From IMG/VR virus record IMGVR_UViG_3300025706_000021, positions 1 to 64,000 of that record: DNA of 64,000 nucleotides. One strand, given 5' to 3'. Each line of letters starts with the position of its first letter. Within the stretch, counting starts at the first letter, position 1. Source of the stretch: a virus. Taxonomy: Duplodnaviria; Caudoviricetes. This document shows positions 1 through 9,493 of this stretch, in pieces. A program made the position numbers and the translations under genes. The notes below the pieces were generated by a model, which worked only from the letters and a program-made list of their open reading frames with translations, did no database searches and was not told the DNA's origin.

Positions 1-296
1 GTGAAGCGCGTTTCGATGATCTTGATGAACTCTGCGCCCATGTGACCAGCGAGGCCAGTACAGATGGCAGTCAATGCTGCCGGAACGTCAAACTGAAGAC
101 AGGCAAGCCAACACATGAGTCCGGCAAAACTGGAACTTGCCATGTGCATTAGGCTGCTTGCCCATGAGTGTTTCATCCCAAGCTGAATGCGGCGGAAGTA
201 GCTGACAACGCCACCCCAAAGGGCGGTGATAATTGCGAGCCACACATGCGCGGGATCGAGTTGGGAGAAGATGATTCTATCTGGCATCGGATTCAT
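1..296 (-). CDS. Phage holin, LydA-like (truncated by window edge)
   Basis: Manual translation from ATG 296: MNPMPDRIIFSQLDPAHVWLAIITALWGGVVSYFRR...SSSFAGLMCWLACLQFDVPAALTAICTGLAGHMGAEFIKIIE; hydrophobic helices and GGxVSY/AGHMG motifs; not in ORF track. Confidence 0.75.
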   Translation of the reverse strand, partial: MNPMPDRIIFSQLDPAHVWLAIITALWGGVVSYFRRIQLGMKHSWASSLMHMASSSFAGLMCWLACLQFDVPAALTAICTGLAGHMGAEFIKIIETRF

Positions 297-328
297 GTCG
301 CGTTAAACCTCGCGGATTATATCGAAGA

Positions 329-724
329 TTAGCGCAAAACGCCAGTCACGGGTGACTTATTTGTCCCGTAGTGCGATGCGCCGAAAAGTCTGACCGCGAT
401 GTAGAACGCCCCACCCTTCCAGCGATGTATCCCGCTTGCCTGCATTGCCTCAGACAACACCTGATCGCATGTCTTTCTAGGGTATGTTTGGGTGTAATAC
501 ATCCAATCATGTACCGTTGCTGCCGCGCGGGCAATGTTGCCCAAGACATCGTAAAACAGCGGCAGTCGCGGAACTGTCGCAAAGTCTGTCTTGAATCCTG
601 CGGGAATGACAATCGTGTTGCCAATCAGATCACTTTGATAGACAAGTGGGTTCTTCAGTTCCCACATGCCTTGAGAGTTATCTTCGATTAGCTCCACGGA
701 GAGTTTTGTCAAAAAGGCACTCAT
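329..724 (-). CDS. DUF1353-family phage protein
   Basis: IPAGFKTDFATVPR and AATVHDWMY motifs. Confidence 0.75.
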   Translation of the reverse strand: MSAFLTKLSVELIEDNSQGMWELKNPLVYQSDLIGNTIVIPAGFKTDFATVPRLPLFYDVLGNIARAAATVHDWMYYTQTYPRKTCDQVLSEAMQASGIHRWKGGAFYIAVRLFGASHYGTNKSPVTGVLR

Positions 725-727
725 TGA

Positions 728-2737
728 TTACTCCAAAGTAACTTCGACTGTCGGAATGTAGTTCGGCAACATTTGGTCAGCAGACCAGTTAAGCTCACTT
801 GTCGGTACGGATGCGGGTGTCAGCACATCATCACCCGCCGAAAGAATTGCCGTGTAGTCGTTCTCGTCATAGGTGATGACGAAGATCGGGATGTCCAGGA
901 GGGCACTGATCGCACCCAGCTTGCTCGCAACCGCAGTCCAATCAACAAGCGCCTCGCCCATCAGCTTGATCTGCGTTTGCAGCGTCGATGCGTTAGCTGT
1001 CGTTTCCGAGAACAGACTGCCGAACAATGGAATACCGGTCGTGAGCGGAGCGGATGCAGATGCCGACGCAATGATCGAACCTGCCAGTTTAATCAGCGTC
1101 GTTAGTGCGGCAGAACCAGCGCTCGAAGAGTTCGCTGCGCCGACCATCTTGATTGCAGTCGAGAGCGAACCACTTGCGCTCGAACTGGCGACAACGGCGA
1201 CAGCTACCTTGATTGCTGTCGTCAGTGCAGCGGTTGCAACCGACGAAGACGAACTGGATGCAGCGAGACGAATCGATGTCGAAAGCGAACCAGTAGCAAC
1301 AGAGGTTGCCTGTACCGTCGAGGCAAATTGTGTTCTTGTCGTGAGCGAGCCGGATGCCGACACGCTTGCAGAAACAGATCCAGCGAGCGGAATACCGGTC
1401 GTCAGAACGCCCGTTGCCGTCGCGACCGAGACCGCATTCGAAGACAACTGAGCAGACGTGCCAACAAGCGAAGCAGATGCGCTTGCTACCGAGATAGCCG
1501 AGCCTGTTAGTTTGATCCCCGTGGTCAGCGAAGCAGACGCAAGCGATGCAGCGCTTACCGTTGCAGAAAGCGGGATGCCCGTTGTAAGCGCGCCAGTCGC
1601 TGTAACAGCACACTGAGGGCTTGCGTTGAGGCGAATCGCTGTGGTCAGGTTTGCCGACGCTACAGACGAAACCGCGCTCGATGCACCCGTTAGCTTGATC
1701 CCTGTCGTCAATGCGCCCGTTGCTGTCGATACGGCGCTCGTTGATCCAGATAGTTGCGCCCCTACAGTCAGGTTCGCAGAGGCGAAAGACACACTGTTCG
1801 CAGTACCGGCGAATTGTGCCCCTACAGTCAGGTTGCCGGTCGCGGTCGAGACAACGTATGCCGCTGCATTCAGTCCAGAACCCACCGTCAGCGATGCCGT
1901 TGCCGACACAACAGAAGCGATAGAGCCGGTCAGCGGAATGCCGGTGGAGAGCGCGGCAGATGCAGTTGCAGCCGAAGAAGCAGATGCAGAAAGCGGGATG
2001 CCCGTAGAGAGTGAGGCCGTTGCGGTAGATCCGCAAGATACAGCACCGGTCAGCTTGATGGCGCTTGTCAGACTTGCCGAGCTTGTTGCGACACAAGACG
2101 GGCTTCCCGAAAGCGGAATACCGGTTGTCAGGGCAGCAGAGGACGAAACGACACCTGTTACAGATGCGTTTAGCTTGATCCCCGTGGTGAGCGTTGCTGT
2201 GGCGACAGATGCAGAAGAAACGCTCGCTGTGAGCGCTGCTGCCGGGCCATAGGTAGTCAGGTCTGCCGTTGCGGTCGCGGAACAAGACACAGATGCGTCA
2301 AGAGCCGCGCCAGCAGGTCTGGCGACAGGTAGGCTGAACTCAACCCAAGTAACCTTCGCCGCCAGGCCAGGAATGTTACCGAGCGTAGGAGGCGGGATTG
2401 AAGCGGTACATTGGGCGACTGCCTGCATCTGAATGCTTGTGGTCAGCGTTGCCGACGCGAACGAGACGGCGGTTGCAGCAGCCGCAAAACGTGGGGCAAT
2501 CGTAAGGGTGGCGGTCACGGACGACACCACCGTTGCTGCCCCTGTTAGCAGAATTCCTGTCGTAAGCGTGGCTGTCGCGGAAGACTGACAGTCCCCCGAT
2601 GCAGTGCCGATTACATTTGCATTACCGGCAGAAAACAGACGTGTCGATACAACCTGCGAGACACCCGAGGTTTTATCGGCACTTGCGCGCGATACCCAGC
2701 GCTCGCCTAGAAGGTTCTTCCAGCCGCCATTTGCCAT
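728..2737 (-). CDS. Ala/Ser/Thr-rich repeat protein, probable virion appendage
   Basis: About 25 copies of a ~20-aa unit (LTTGIPLxxxxxxxxxASAx); lies in the structural operon. Confidence 0.65.
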   Translation of the reverse strand: MANGGWKNLLGERWVSRASADKTSGVSQVVSTRLFSAGNANVIGTASGDCQSSATATLTTGILLTGAATVVSSVTATLTIAPRFAAAATAVSFASATLTTSIQMQAVAQCTASIPPPTLGNIPGLAAKVTWVEFSLPVARPAGAALDASVSCSATATADLTTYGPAAALTASVSSASVATATLTTGIKLNASVTGVVSSSAALTTGIPLSGSPSCVATSSASLTSAIKLTGAVSCGSTATASLSTGIPLSASASSAATASAALSTGIPLTGSIASVVSATASLTVGSGLNAAAYVVSTATGNLTVGAQFAGTANSVSFASANLTVGAQLSGSTSAVSTATGALTTGIKLTGASSAVSSVASANLTTAIRLNASPQCAVTATGALTTGIPLSATVSAASLASASLTTGIKLTGSAISVASASASLVGTSAQLSSNAVSVATATGVLTTGIPLAGSVSASVSASGSLTTRTQFASTVQATSVATGSLSTSIRLAASSSSSSVATAALTTAIKVAVAVVASSSASGSLSTAIKMVGAANSSSAGSAALTTLIKLAGSIIASASASAPLTTGIPLFGSLFSETTANASTLQTQIKLMGEALVDWTAVASKLGAISALLDIPIFVITYDENDYTAILSAGDDVLTPASVPTSELNWSADQMLPNYIPTVEVTLE

Positions 2738-2742
2738 GACGG

Positions 2743-3546
2743 TTACTTGTCGATCAGGTCAAGCGAACCAATGAGTACAGGGGCGGTCGTGCCGTTGGCT
2801 AGGAAGAACGCCATCAAGCAAGCGTCGTTCGGAATCTTCGGGAGACCCAACTGTGCCCAATCGAGAACCGTGGCGACGTTTGCAGTCGTGATAGGAACTT
2901 CACAAACGCGCTTGAGCAGCGTGATACCGAAAGAGCCAGATGTCCAGGTTGCCGAGGTGACAACACTCGTCACTTGACGAACGCCCAAGTCACCAACCGC
3001 GAGTGGGATCGGCTGCATCTGACCGACGACAGGCGCAGAAACAACAGATGAGATCACGCCAGATTTTGCAGCACCCGTATTGGCATTCAGGTAGTTCAGG
3101 GTCAGCGAACCACTTGCGGCACCAGCGGCAACAAATTGCTCAACCCATGCCTCAACCTTGACGCCGTTATCCGTAATGCGGGCGGGCAAGTTGCCAGGCG
3201 TGGTCACTGCAAATGTGCCAGCAGCGAAACCCATACCAGAGCAAGACCACAGTCGGTCGGCAATGATGATTGTTCCGACCTGCGTACAGGCCATTGCGAG
3301 CTTTGCCAACCAGTTTTGAACGGTGGCATTGTTTAGAGAAATTGCCCCCGCTGTCGATTTGTCACAGGTATAGCCCGAACCAGCGGTGTAAGCAGGCGAT
3401 GCGGAACCAGCGCCAGGGCGTCCAGCGGCCATCCATGCCGACTGAAACGCGCCAGCAGTCTTCGGTGCCGTGAGCGTCTTCTGGTACATCAAATCTTGTG
3501 CGTTTGCCAAACCTGCGGCGATGTCATCTACGGTGTTGATAGCCAT
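2743..3546 (-). CDS. Phage virion-associated hypothetical protein
   Basis: 267-aa ORF tightly packed with neighbours, co-oriented. Confidence 0.6.
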   Translation of the reverse strand: MAINTVDDIAAGLANAQDLMYQKTLTAPKTAGAFQSAWMAAGRPGAGSASPAYTAGSGYTCDKSTAGAISLNNATVQNWLAKLAMACTQVGTIIIADRLWSCSGMGFAAGTFAVTTPGNLPARITDNGVKVEAWVEQFVAAGAASGSLTLNYLNANTGAAKSGVISSVVSAPVVGQMQPIPLAVGDLGVRQVTSVVTSATWTSGSFGITLLKRVCEVPITTANVATVLDWAQLGLPKIPNDACLMAFFLANGTTAPVLIGSLDLIDK

Positions 3547-3555
3547 TTTCTTTCC

Positions 3556-3978
3556 TTACGATGCGACGCATTGCAGCGTCAGCGGATATGCCCAATTGAT
3601 ATTTCCCGCCTGTGTTGTTGTGAGGGTCTGTTCGAAAGTCGTAAGAACTGTTGGCGCTGGGTCATGTACCCAAGAGGCAATCGTTGCCCCGTTGTTGCGC
3701 AGGTTCATCGTCATCACCCCGCTTGCTGCCGCGATCTCGTAACGGAGAACGTGGCTGTCTGTAGAGACGGGTTCGGACACCGGGGAAAGCTGCACCTCGA
3801 ATGCCGATGGAGTGTTTGCAATCGCGTAGTCGGCGCTGTTCTTCGTTTCCTCACCCGTGACTGATGCCAACGAGCCACCATTTGACGCAACCCACGCTCC
3901 AAGCGAGAGATCGGCAATGGGGCGAGCAACCTGACCTGGCTGTTGCTGCTGAACAGGTATCCAGAATATGCGACTCAT
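3556..3978 (-). CDS. Hypothetical protein
   Basis: 140 aa, ATGA overlap with upstream gene. Confidence 0.6.
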   Translation of the reverse strand: MSRIFWIPVQQQQPGQVARPIADLSLGAWVASNGGSLASVTGEETKNSADYAIANTPSAFEVQLSPVSEPVSTDSHVLRYEIAAASGVMTMNLRNNGATIASWVHDPAPTVLTTFEQTLTTTQAGNINWAYPLTLQCVAS

Positions 3979-4655
3979 AGGAATATCTGCCAGGGATTGA
4001 AAGACAGGCTGCGAACCTCTGCATCAGTTAGCGCTCGGTTAAAGGCAATGCCGCCGTAAAAAGCACCATCTGCTGCTGTGAAAATTTCAGAATCACCCTC
4101 TGTGCCCAAGAAGCACAAAGGATTGGAAGTTGCACCATAGCCACTGAAGGCGCCATTCGTCAGAACCAAATTGCCGTCTCGATACAGCTTTTCGGTCGAT
4201 TGCGACACCCTGTTCGCTACTAGAACAGAAATTCGCTCGCCACTCGGGGCTGAATAGTATTCATCTGAGGTCGCTATTGACGACCAACCCACGCAACGAA
4301 CGCTGTTATTCGCAACCTGAACAGGTGCGAACGCGCCATCACGTCGAACAACCGAGCATGTGTTGCTATATCGGAGGAAATGAACCAGTGCGACAAAGCA
4401 AAACGTCCCACCTTCTCCAAACTTTCCGATGTCATAGCTGATCGACTTGGAGATTCCGAATGCCCCAACGCCGAATTTACCTTTAGTCAGCCCAATCGAA
4501 CCGAAAGAGGTAGGTTTTCGACCCAAAACGCTTGAGGTTGCCATTGTGCTTGGAAGCCAGGCATCTATCAGACCCATTGTAATCGAATTAGACCAATCAA
4601 TCCCATCGCCACTAGGCTGATTAAGGCGTGCTCGGCGAAGCGGAACGAAGCCCAT
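3975..4655 (-). CDS. LamG/concanavalin A-like domain protein, putative carbohydrate binding
   Basis: KLYRDG and GGIAFNRALTDAEVRSL motifs typical of LamG-like folds. Confidence 0.6.
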   Translation of the reverse strand: MGFVPLRRARLNQPSGDGIDWSNSITMGLIDAWLPSTMATSSVLGRKPTSFGSIGLTKGKFGVGAFGISKSISYDIGKFGEGGTFCFVALVHFLRYSNTCSVVRRDGAFAPVQVANNSVRCVGWSSIATSDEYYSAPSGERISVLVANRVSQSTEKLYRDGNLVLTNGAFSGYGATSNPLCFLGTEGDSEIFTAADGAFYGGIAFNRALTDAEVRSLSFNPWQIFL

Positions 4656-5041
4656 TACAACCCCGCGAGTTGCGTGATGAACGCCTCGCAGGTCACGGCC
4701 TGACCGGTGTTGCCGGTGATTTCAACTTCGAGGTGGCAGATGGCCGGGTCAATAACCATGCTCCACTCACTGACGCCACTATTGGTAGTGCCGCCACCCC
4801 AAGAAGCGATGGTCTTCCAATTAGCGCCAGCGGTGCCAGCGGCGGGGGTAGCCCCACTGTTGTGCGCCATGAGTACGTTTGCGATTGCTTGTGTTGTCGG
4901 GCCGGTCGCACCGTTTGTGATTTTGACCGTCAGAATTCCACCGTACATCGAGCGCAGATCAACCGCTTGACGAGTCGTGCTGCCAGAGGCGTTACTGGTG
5001 CCCGCTGCGATGATTGTTGCTGGTGTCTTTGTCAGTGCCAT
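4655..5041 (-). CDS. Hypothetical virion protein
   Basis: Start reassigned to MALTKTP (ATG 5041); TAATG coupling to downstream gene. Confidence 0.6.
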   Translation of the reverse strand: MALTKTPATIIAAGTSNASGSTTRQAVDLRSMYGGILTVKITNGATGPTTQAIANVLMAHNSGATPAAGTAGANWKTIASWGGGTTNSGVSEWSMVIDPAICHLEVEITGNTGQAVTCEAFITQLAGL

Positions 5042-5042
5042 A

Positions 5043-5456
5043 TCAAACCACCCAATCGCCGTTAGCAGACCAGCACAGACAGCGCACTTCGTACTCACTG
5101 ACGGGATCAGGGACTTCCGCGAGTGCCATCAGTGCGACGATCCCATCGGCCATTTCAGGAACGGCTTGCGCGAAGACGGAAAGCTGTTGGCGAGTTGCTT
5201 CCATGCCAACATCAAGGCCACCAGCTTCAATCAGTTTCAACGCCCATTTGACGTTGCTGTCGCCTGGAGCCATTGCCTCAAGAGCGTCAAGAAACGCCCC
5301 GCCATTCGGCGCCATCGTTGCGAGAATCGAACCGATACCAACGAAGCGTTCCGCGATCTTCACGCGACCGACCGACAGCACGGACGCGATCTCTTCTGTA
5401 TCGCGTCTGTCCAAAATCTCAGCGGGAAGCGTGCGAATTTCTTCAATCGTCAGCAT
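5043..5456 (-). CDS. Hypothetical protein
   Basis: 137-aa ORF abutting downstream gene. Confidence 0.6.
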   Translation of the reverse strand: MLTIEEIRTLPAEILDRRDTEEIASVLSVGRVKIAERFVGIGSILATMAPNGGAFLDALEAMAPGDSNVKWALKLIEAGGLDVGMEATRQQLSVFAQAVPEMADGIVALMALAEVPDPVSEYEVRCLCWSANGDWVV

Positions 5457-5499
5457 TGTTATTCCAAGCGAATGCCGAGGTTTCCCTCGGCGTTAGCGA

Positions 5500-5940
5500 T
5501 TAGTTGTCGATCTGGAAAGACACGGCAGCAGGGGCGAACGCAGGGGCGGCATCACCGTTATTGACGGTCTTCGCGGTGCCGAGGGCGCCGTAGAACATCA
5601 GGTTTCCACCGGAGAGCGAATCGAAAATGCCGAAGTGGCTGATAGAACCCCAGTTCGCGGTCGGTGCCGGGAAGGTGATCGTGCCGTTGTTCGATGTCGT
5701 TCCGCTTGTGCCGGTCGAGGCGGTGGTCGAACCGGAGGATTGGGAGCCAGCCCAATTAGCCAGCGAACCGACAACGGCAACGCGGGCATAAGAACCACCG
5801 GAAACTTCAGTGCCGTCACCGGCATCACTTGGGGCTGCGGTCAGAAGACCGACGTAGAGGGAGGACGGAAAGGTATAAGCCTGACCGCGAAAGATTTGGT
5901 CGATCAGTTTGTTTTCCATGTAATCGGACATTGCAGCCAT
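5500..5940 (-). CDS. Phage tail-fibre-associated structural protein
   Basis: MSDYMENKLID...EVSGGSYARV...NWGSISHFGIFD...GGNLMFYG, a common siphophage family. Confidence 0.7.
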   Translation of the reverse strand: MAAMSDYMENKLIDQIFRGQAYTFPSSLYVGLLTAAPSDAGDGTEVSGGSYARVAVVGSLANWAGSQSSGSTTASTGTSGTTSNNGTITFPAPTANWGSISHFGIFDSLSGGNLMFYGALGTAKTVNNGDAAPAFAPAAVSFQIDN

Positions 5941-5965
5941 TTGCTACTCCTTAATCAGTGGTGAC

Positions 5966-6319
5966 TTACTTTGTGATGGAAGGTGAAACAGACACAGTGC
6001 CCGCCACCAGATTGAATACTTCGCCAGATGGTGCTGTCAGCTTCACGTCATAGACGCCCTTCTGCCAGCCAAGATTTGCGGTGCCCTGGACGCTCACATA
6101 GAGCGATACAACGCCCGTCTTCCCAGCTAGAACAACACCGCTGTTATCCGTTGTCAGTTCGAGCAATACGACTTGCGACGCTGCGTCGGCGCGAACTTGC
6201 ATACGCGCGCTATAGCCCGTCAGGTCGATTGGGCGACCGGACTTGTCTTTCCAGACAAATTTGTATCGGAAGGTTGCAAGCTGGTTGATAACCAGATTGA
6301 CTTTAGGGGTGGCACTCAT
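5966..6319 (-). CDS. Phage structural protein (Ig/BppU-like)
   Basis: PIDLTGYSARMQVR and GVYDVKL motifs. Confidence 0.6.
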   Translation of the reverse strand: MSATPKVNLVINQLATFRYKFVWKDKSGRPIDLTGYSARMQVRADAASQVVLLELTTDNSGVVLAGKTGVVSLYVSVQGTANLGWQKGVYDVKLTAPSGEVFNLVAGTVSVSPSITK

Positions 6320-6387
6320 TCGGCGAATATAACAGGTTGTCGCCTATTTATCAAGTCACCCGTGACTGATCGTTTGAATTATTTAGG

Positions 6388-6418
6388 CAAAATAAAAGGG
6401 CAGTCAATGACTGCCCTT
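6388..6418 (-). terminator. Intrinsic terminator
   Basis: AAGGGCAGTC-AAT-GACTGCCCTT stem followed by a T-rich run on minus. Confidence 0.7.
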
Positions 6419-6436
6419 CGTTGCGACCGGTTTGGC

Positions 6437-6673
6437 TTAGCCGACCAGGCCAGTGCCGTATTCGACCGGTGCCGGGGAGGCGTCGTTTTCGCCGACGACC
6501 CAATACTGGAAGCCTTCGACATCGACGGTTTGACCGGCTTGCACGATCACTTCGCGCAGACCATTGTCGTATTCCGAACCAGCGGTGGAGCCGACTTCAG
6601 CAGAGCCGACGCCGTTATGAACGCGGGAAATGACCTTGACGGCTACGTCCTTCTTGTTTGTGATGGTAATCAT
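6437..6673 (-). CDS. Small hypothetical protein ending the rSAM transcript
   Basis: 78 aa, AAGGA RBS, precedes the terminator. Confidence 0.6.
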   Translation of the reverse strand: MITITNKKDVAVKVISRVHNGVGSAEVGSTAGSEYDNGLREVIVQAGQTVDVEGFQYWVVGENDASPAPVEYGTGLVG

Positions 6674-6750
6674 CTGATTCCTTCTATAAGTTTGGTTGGT
6701 GAAGTCGCCAATGTAATCTGCGACGGTTACGTTGTCAAGTCAGTTGTGAC

Positions 6751-8169
6751 TTATTTTGCAACAACTTTGATCGGAAACGCCTTCTTCGGTTTTTCCTCTT
6801 CGTGTTTGAGAATGTCGCCCCAAATATCCTTGCGGTGATCGGGCAAATGATCGGCATCGATAGCGAATGGAACATACCCCGTCAGCTTGAGAAACGCGGC
6901 AGAGAAGATCGCGATGTTGTCGCTGTAGGAGCTTTCGCAGGACTTGTAGAAATTCTCGTCTTGCAGAAACGTGCAAGATCCACGACACATCGACAACACC
7001 GGGCACCTGCGACAGTGTGGTCGGTCAGTCCAGTGCGTGATCGTGTTGAGCTTGACCGCCGCGAGGTCGTCCAGGCTACCGACGTTGTGCGATTCTCCAT
7101 TCGGAGCGATCTGGTTTGCACTGACGTTCTGGCAGGTAATGACGTTACCTTCCATATCGACGATCAGCGTGCTTTCGTCAGAAATGCCACACTTGATGTC
7201 TTGGACGCGAATCTGCTGGGCGTTCATAACACCCTGCAAGATGCCGCCCATCTTGTTGTCGATGTGCTGAAAGCGCAGTTCCCCGCCAACGATCTCTTTC
7301 AGCGTCAGCTTGCGGTAGTCAAAGTGCGCCTGTTTCGAGTTTAGGCAAAGACTCTGCCCGCCCTCGTCGTAGCTGTCGATGAACCCACCCTCGCCTATCG
7401 GCGGAATGTCTTTCCCAAAGCGTTCTTCAAACCACTCCTGAATCTTCATGCGGCTTTGGTTTTGCGCATTGACCATCGCATTGAATGAGCCTTTGCCCTT
7501 CTTGAAAATCTTCTCGAAGCAGTAGCGAATCCCATCCTTTGTTTCATCGCTTCCGTCATCAATCGGATCTGGCCCGCGAACATGCTGTCCAGGCCCATCG
7601 TGCGAGATCGAGACAATGAAGCCCATGTCGTCAAGCCAATCAACAATCGGGCGTGTCAGAAGACTTCCGTTTGTGATGATCGAGAATTGAGCTTTCGGGA
7701 GTACGACGCGCAGCTTCTCAGCGAGCGGCTGAAGCGTCTTGATGTAGACAAGAGGCTCACCACCCCAAAACTCAACACGAACGCCATCACCCCCATCATT
7801 GAACTCGATTGCTGCCTGCAAACGCGCAATAAAGCCATCGATCTTGTCGGGCGTACCGGCAATCGGGCGCTCGACAAAGCGCTGCGAGCAATACGTGCAT
7901 TCGTAGTTGCACGACATGCCAAGCTGAATTTTCAGACGACGAACATTCTTGGTCTTCTTGCCTGGCTTTTCAGGTGAGTAGGGAGCCTCATAGCTTGGCT
8001 CGAAATCACTTACAGGGTCATTGATATGTTCGTACTTGCCATTCACATCGCCGACGCGAGTGTTCGCGTCGATCCAGACCTTGTTGGTAATGTTGTCGTA
8101 CAGGAAATCTCGCGTCTTGCCATCGTTTTCTCCCCCGATTGCTTTCGCCAAAATACGAAACTTAGCCAT
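6751..8169 (-). CDS. Radical SAM enzyme with SPASM domain (peptide/protein maturase type)
   Basis: CNYECTYC (CxxxCxxC), FWGGEPL, SIITNGSLL, C-terminal Cys cluster KCG...VITC...CRRCPVLSMCRGSC...KSC. Confidence 0.92.
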   Translation of the reverse strand: MAKFRILAKAIGGENDGKTRDFLYDNITNKVWIDANTRVGDVNGKYEHINDPVSDFEPSYEAPYSPEKPGKKTKNVRRLKIQLGMSCNYECTYCSQRFVERPIAGTPDKIDGFIARLQAAIEFNDGGDGVRVEFWGGEPLVYIKTLQPLAEKLRVVLPKAQFSIITNGSLLTRPIVDWLDDMGFIVSISHDGPGQHVRGPDPIDDGSDETKDGIRYCFEKIFKKGKGSFNAMVNAQNQSRMKIQEWFEERFGKDIPPIGEGGFIDSYDEGGQSLCLNSKQAHFDYRKLTLKEIVGGELRFQHIDNKMGGILQGVMNAQQIRVQDIKCGISDESTLIVDMEGNVITCQNVSANQIAPNGESHNVGSLDDLAAVKLNTITHWTDRPHCRRCPVLSMCRGSCTFLQDENFYKSCESSYSDNIAIFSAAFLKLTGYVPFAIDADHLPDHRKDIWGDILKHEEEKPKKAFPIKVVAK

Positions 8170-8950
8170 TCGCTATTTCCTGATTCTCATCGAGACCGCG
8201 CTTGAAGTCTTCAATTATTTCGCCGCGACGTACCTGTAGCTCACGAACGCGGCTCTTGCGCGCACCAATATCGCTCAGCACGTCCTCGCCGTCCTTGATG
8301 TTCAGGATCGAATACTGCTCGATCTTCTCGCGAAACGACTTAGCCAATGGTGACTGCTTTGCCTTGAGTTGATCGACAAGCTCGAACACAATCTTGGACA
8401 GAATATCAACCTGCGACTCAATCGCGGCAATTGAAGCATGGCCGTTCAGCTTGGTCATCACGACCGCCTTTGTTCTTTCGCGAACCTGATCCAGAATGAA
8501 GTCCGGGTTCATTTCGAACAGGCGATCCCACATGCTCTTTGACCCATCTTCCATCATTTCGATGACCGCCTGGTCGCAGTGTGTCGGAACATGGGAGGTG
8601 ATGCCAATTGAACCTTCTTTGCCGACCATGAATGTTGCGACATGGTTCTCAAGCACCGAAGAGAACGGGCCGTCATTCAGCCCCTTCGTGTATTCGATGA
8701 TCTCAAATGTGTCCCATACACGAACCAGCGCAAAGAGCTTTACGCCACTTTCGGCAGCAAACATGCTGCGGAGATCGCTCGCTTGGTAACTGTGGTCGAT
8801 TACGATGTCTTTGCCCTCCATGTGATAGGAGTCATAGCGAATAGTAATCTTCCCGTCATCAAGCGCACCCACAAACAACTTGTTTGTGAATAGCTCCTTG
8901 CACTCTTCTGTCCAGATGTTGCGAGCAGCGATAAATACGTCTTTTTTCAT
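8162..8950 (-). CDS. Hypothetical partner of the radical SAM enzyme
   Basis: 262 aa, 8-nt overlap with the rSAM gene; helical C-terminus. Confidence 0.7.
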   Translation of the reverse strand: MKKDVFIAARNIWTEECKELFTNKLFVGALDDGKITIRYDSYHMEGKDIVIDHSYQASDLRSMFAAESGVKLFALVRVWDTFEIIEYTKGLNDGPFSSVLENHVATFMVGKEGSIGITSHVPTHCDQAVIEMMEDGSKSMWDRLFEMNPDFILDQVRERTKAVVMTKLNGHASIAAIESQVDILSKIVFELVDQLKAKQSPLAKSFREKIEQYSILNIKDGEDVLSDIGARKSRVRELQVRRGEIIEDFKRGLDENQEIANG

Positions 8951-8962
8951 ATTCTTTCCTTG

Positions 8963-9493
8963 TTATACACAGTCACAGTTGCAGTTATCAATGTCGTAGA
9001 GGGGGTTATAATTGCACGCGCAATTGCAGTTGAAGCAATTGCAATTTGGCTGATACCACCAACGGGTATCACAATTCGAGGTTGTCACATCACACTGAGA
9101 GCAGGCGACATTGATGTCTGGGCTGGCTGTCTGGTTTGAACAGTTGCAGTTGTTCCAGCACTGCGCCCACACGTTCGCAGAGCAGTTCTGTGCGTAACGC
9201 GACTTGCGGTAGTAGATGTTGGCATTAGCTACAGACCAACTAGTCACCCCTAGCATCGGGTTTGTGTCCAAGTAATACCAGCCAACCCACACCGGAACGG
9301 AATCAACAAAAGTAAAGGTACTTCCGCTGTTGTTCTTCTGGTACATGACCATGTTGCGGTATGAGTTGAAGTCGTTGTAGGCCCACTTGCAGTTGGACTT
9401 AACCCAGCCCAAGTCAATCGCGGAATTAGACGCCCACCCGTGCATCGCCCCAAACTCGGAAAGCGAGATTGACCCGCCATCATAGAGTGACAT
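8963..9493 (-). CDS. Cys/Asn-rich tail-fibre-coupled protein, candidate rSAM substrate
   Basis: TAATG coupling to the fibre; N-terminal GGSISLSEF motif; 15 Cys in the last ~75 aa, 10 of them preceded by Asn. Confidence 0.75.
   Translation of the reverse strand: MSLYDGGSISLSEFGAMHGWASNSAIDLGWVKSNCKWAYNDFNSYRNMVMYQKNNSGSTFTFVDSVPVWVGWYYLDTNPMLGVTSWSVANANIYYRKSRYAQNCSANVWAQCWNNCNCSNQTASPDINVACSQCDVTTSNCDTRWWYQPNCNCFNCNCACNYNPLYDIDNCNCDCV

Noticed and set aside
6751-8169. QueE, anaerobic RNR activase or MoaA-type housekeeping radical SAM
   Set aside because: Has a SPASM Cys cluster and 472-aa length, and no que, nrdD or moa genes are nearby; context is the tail operon.
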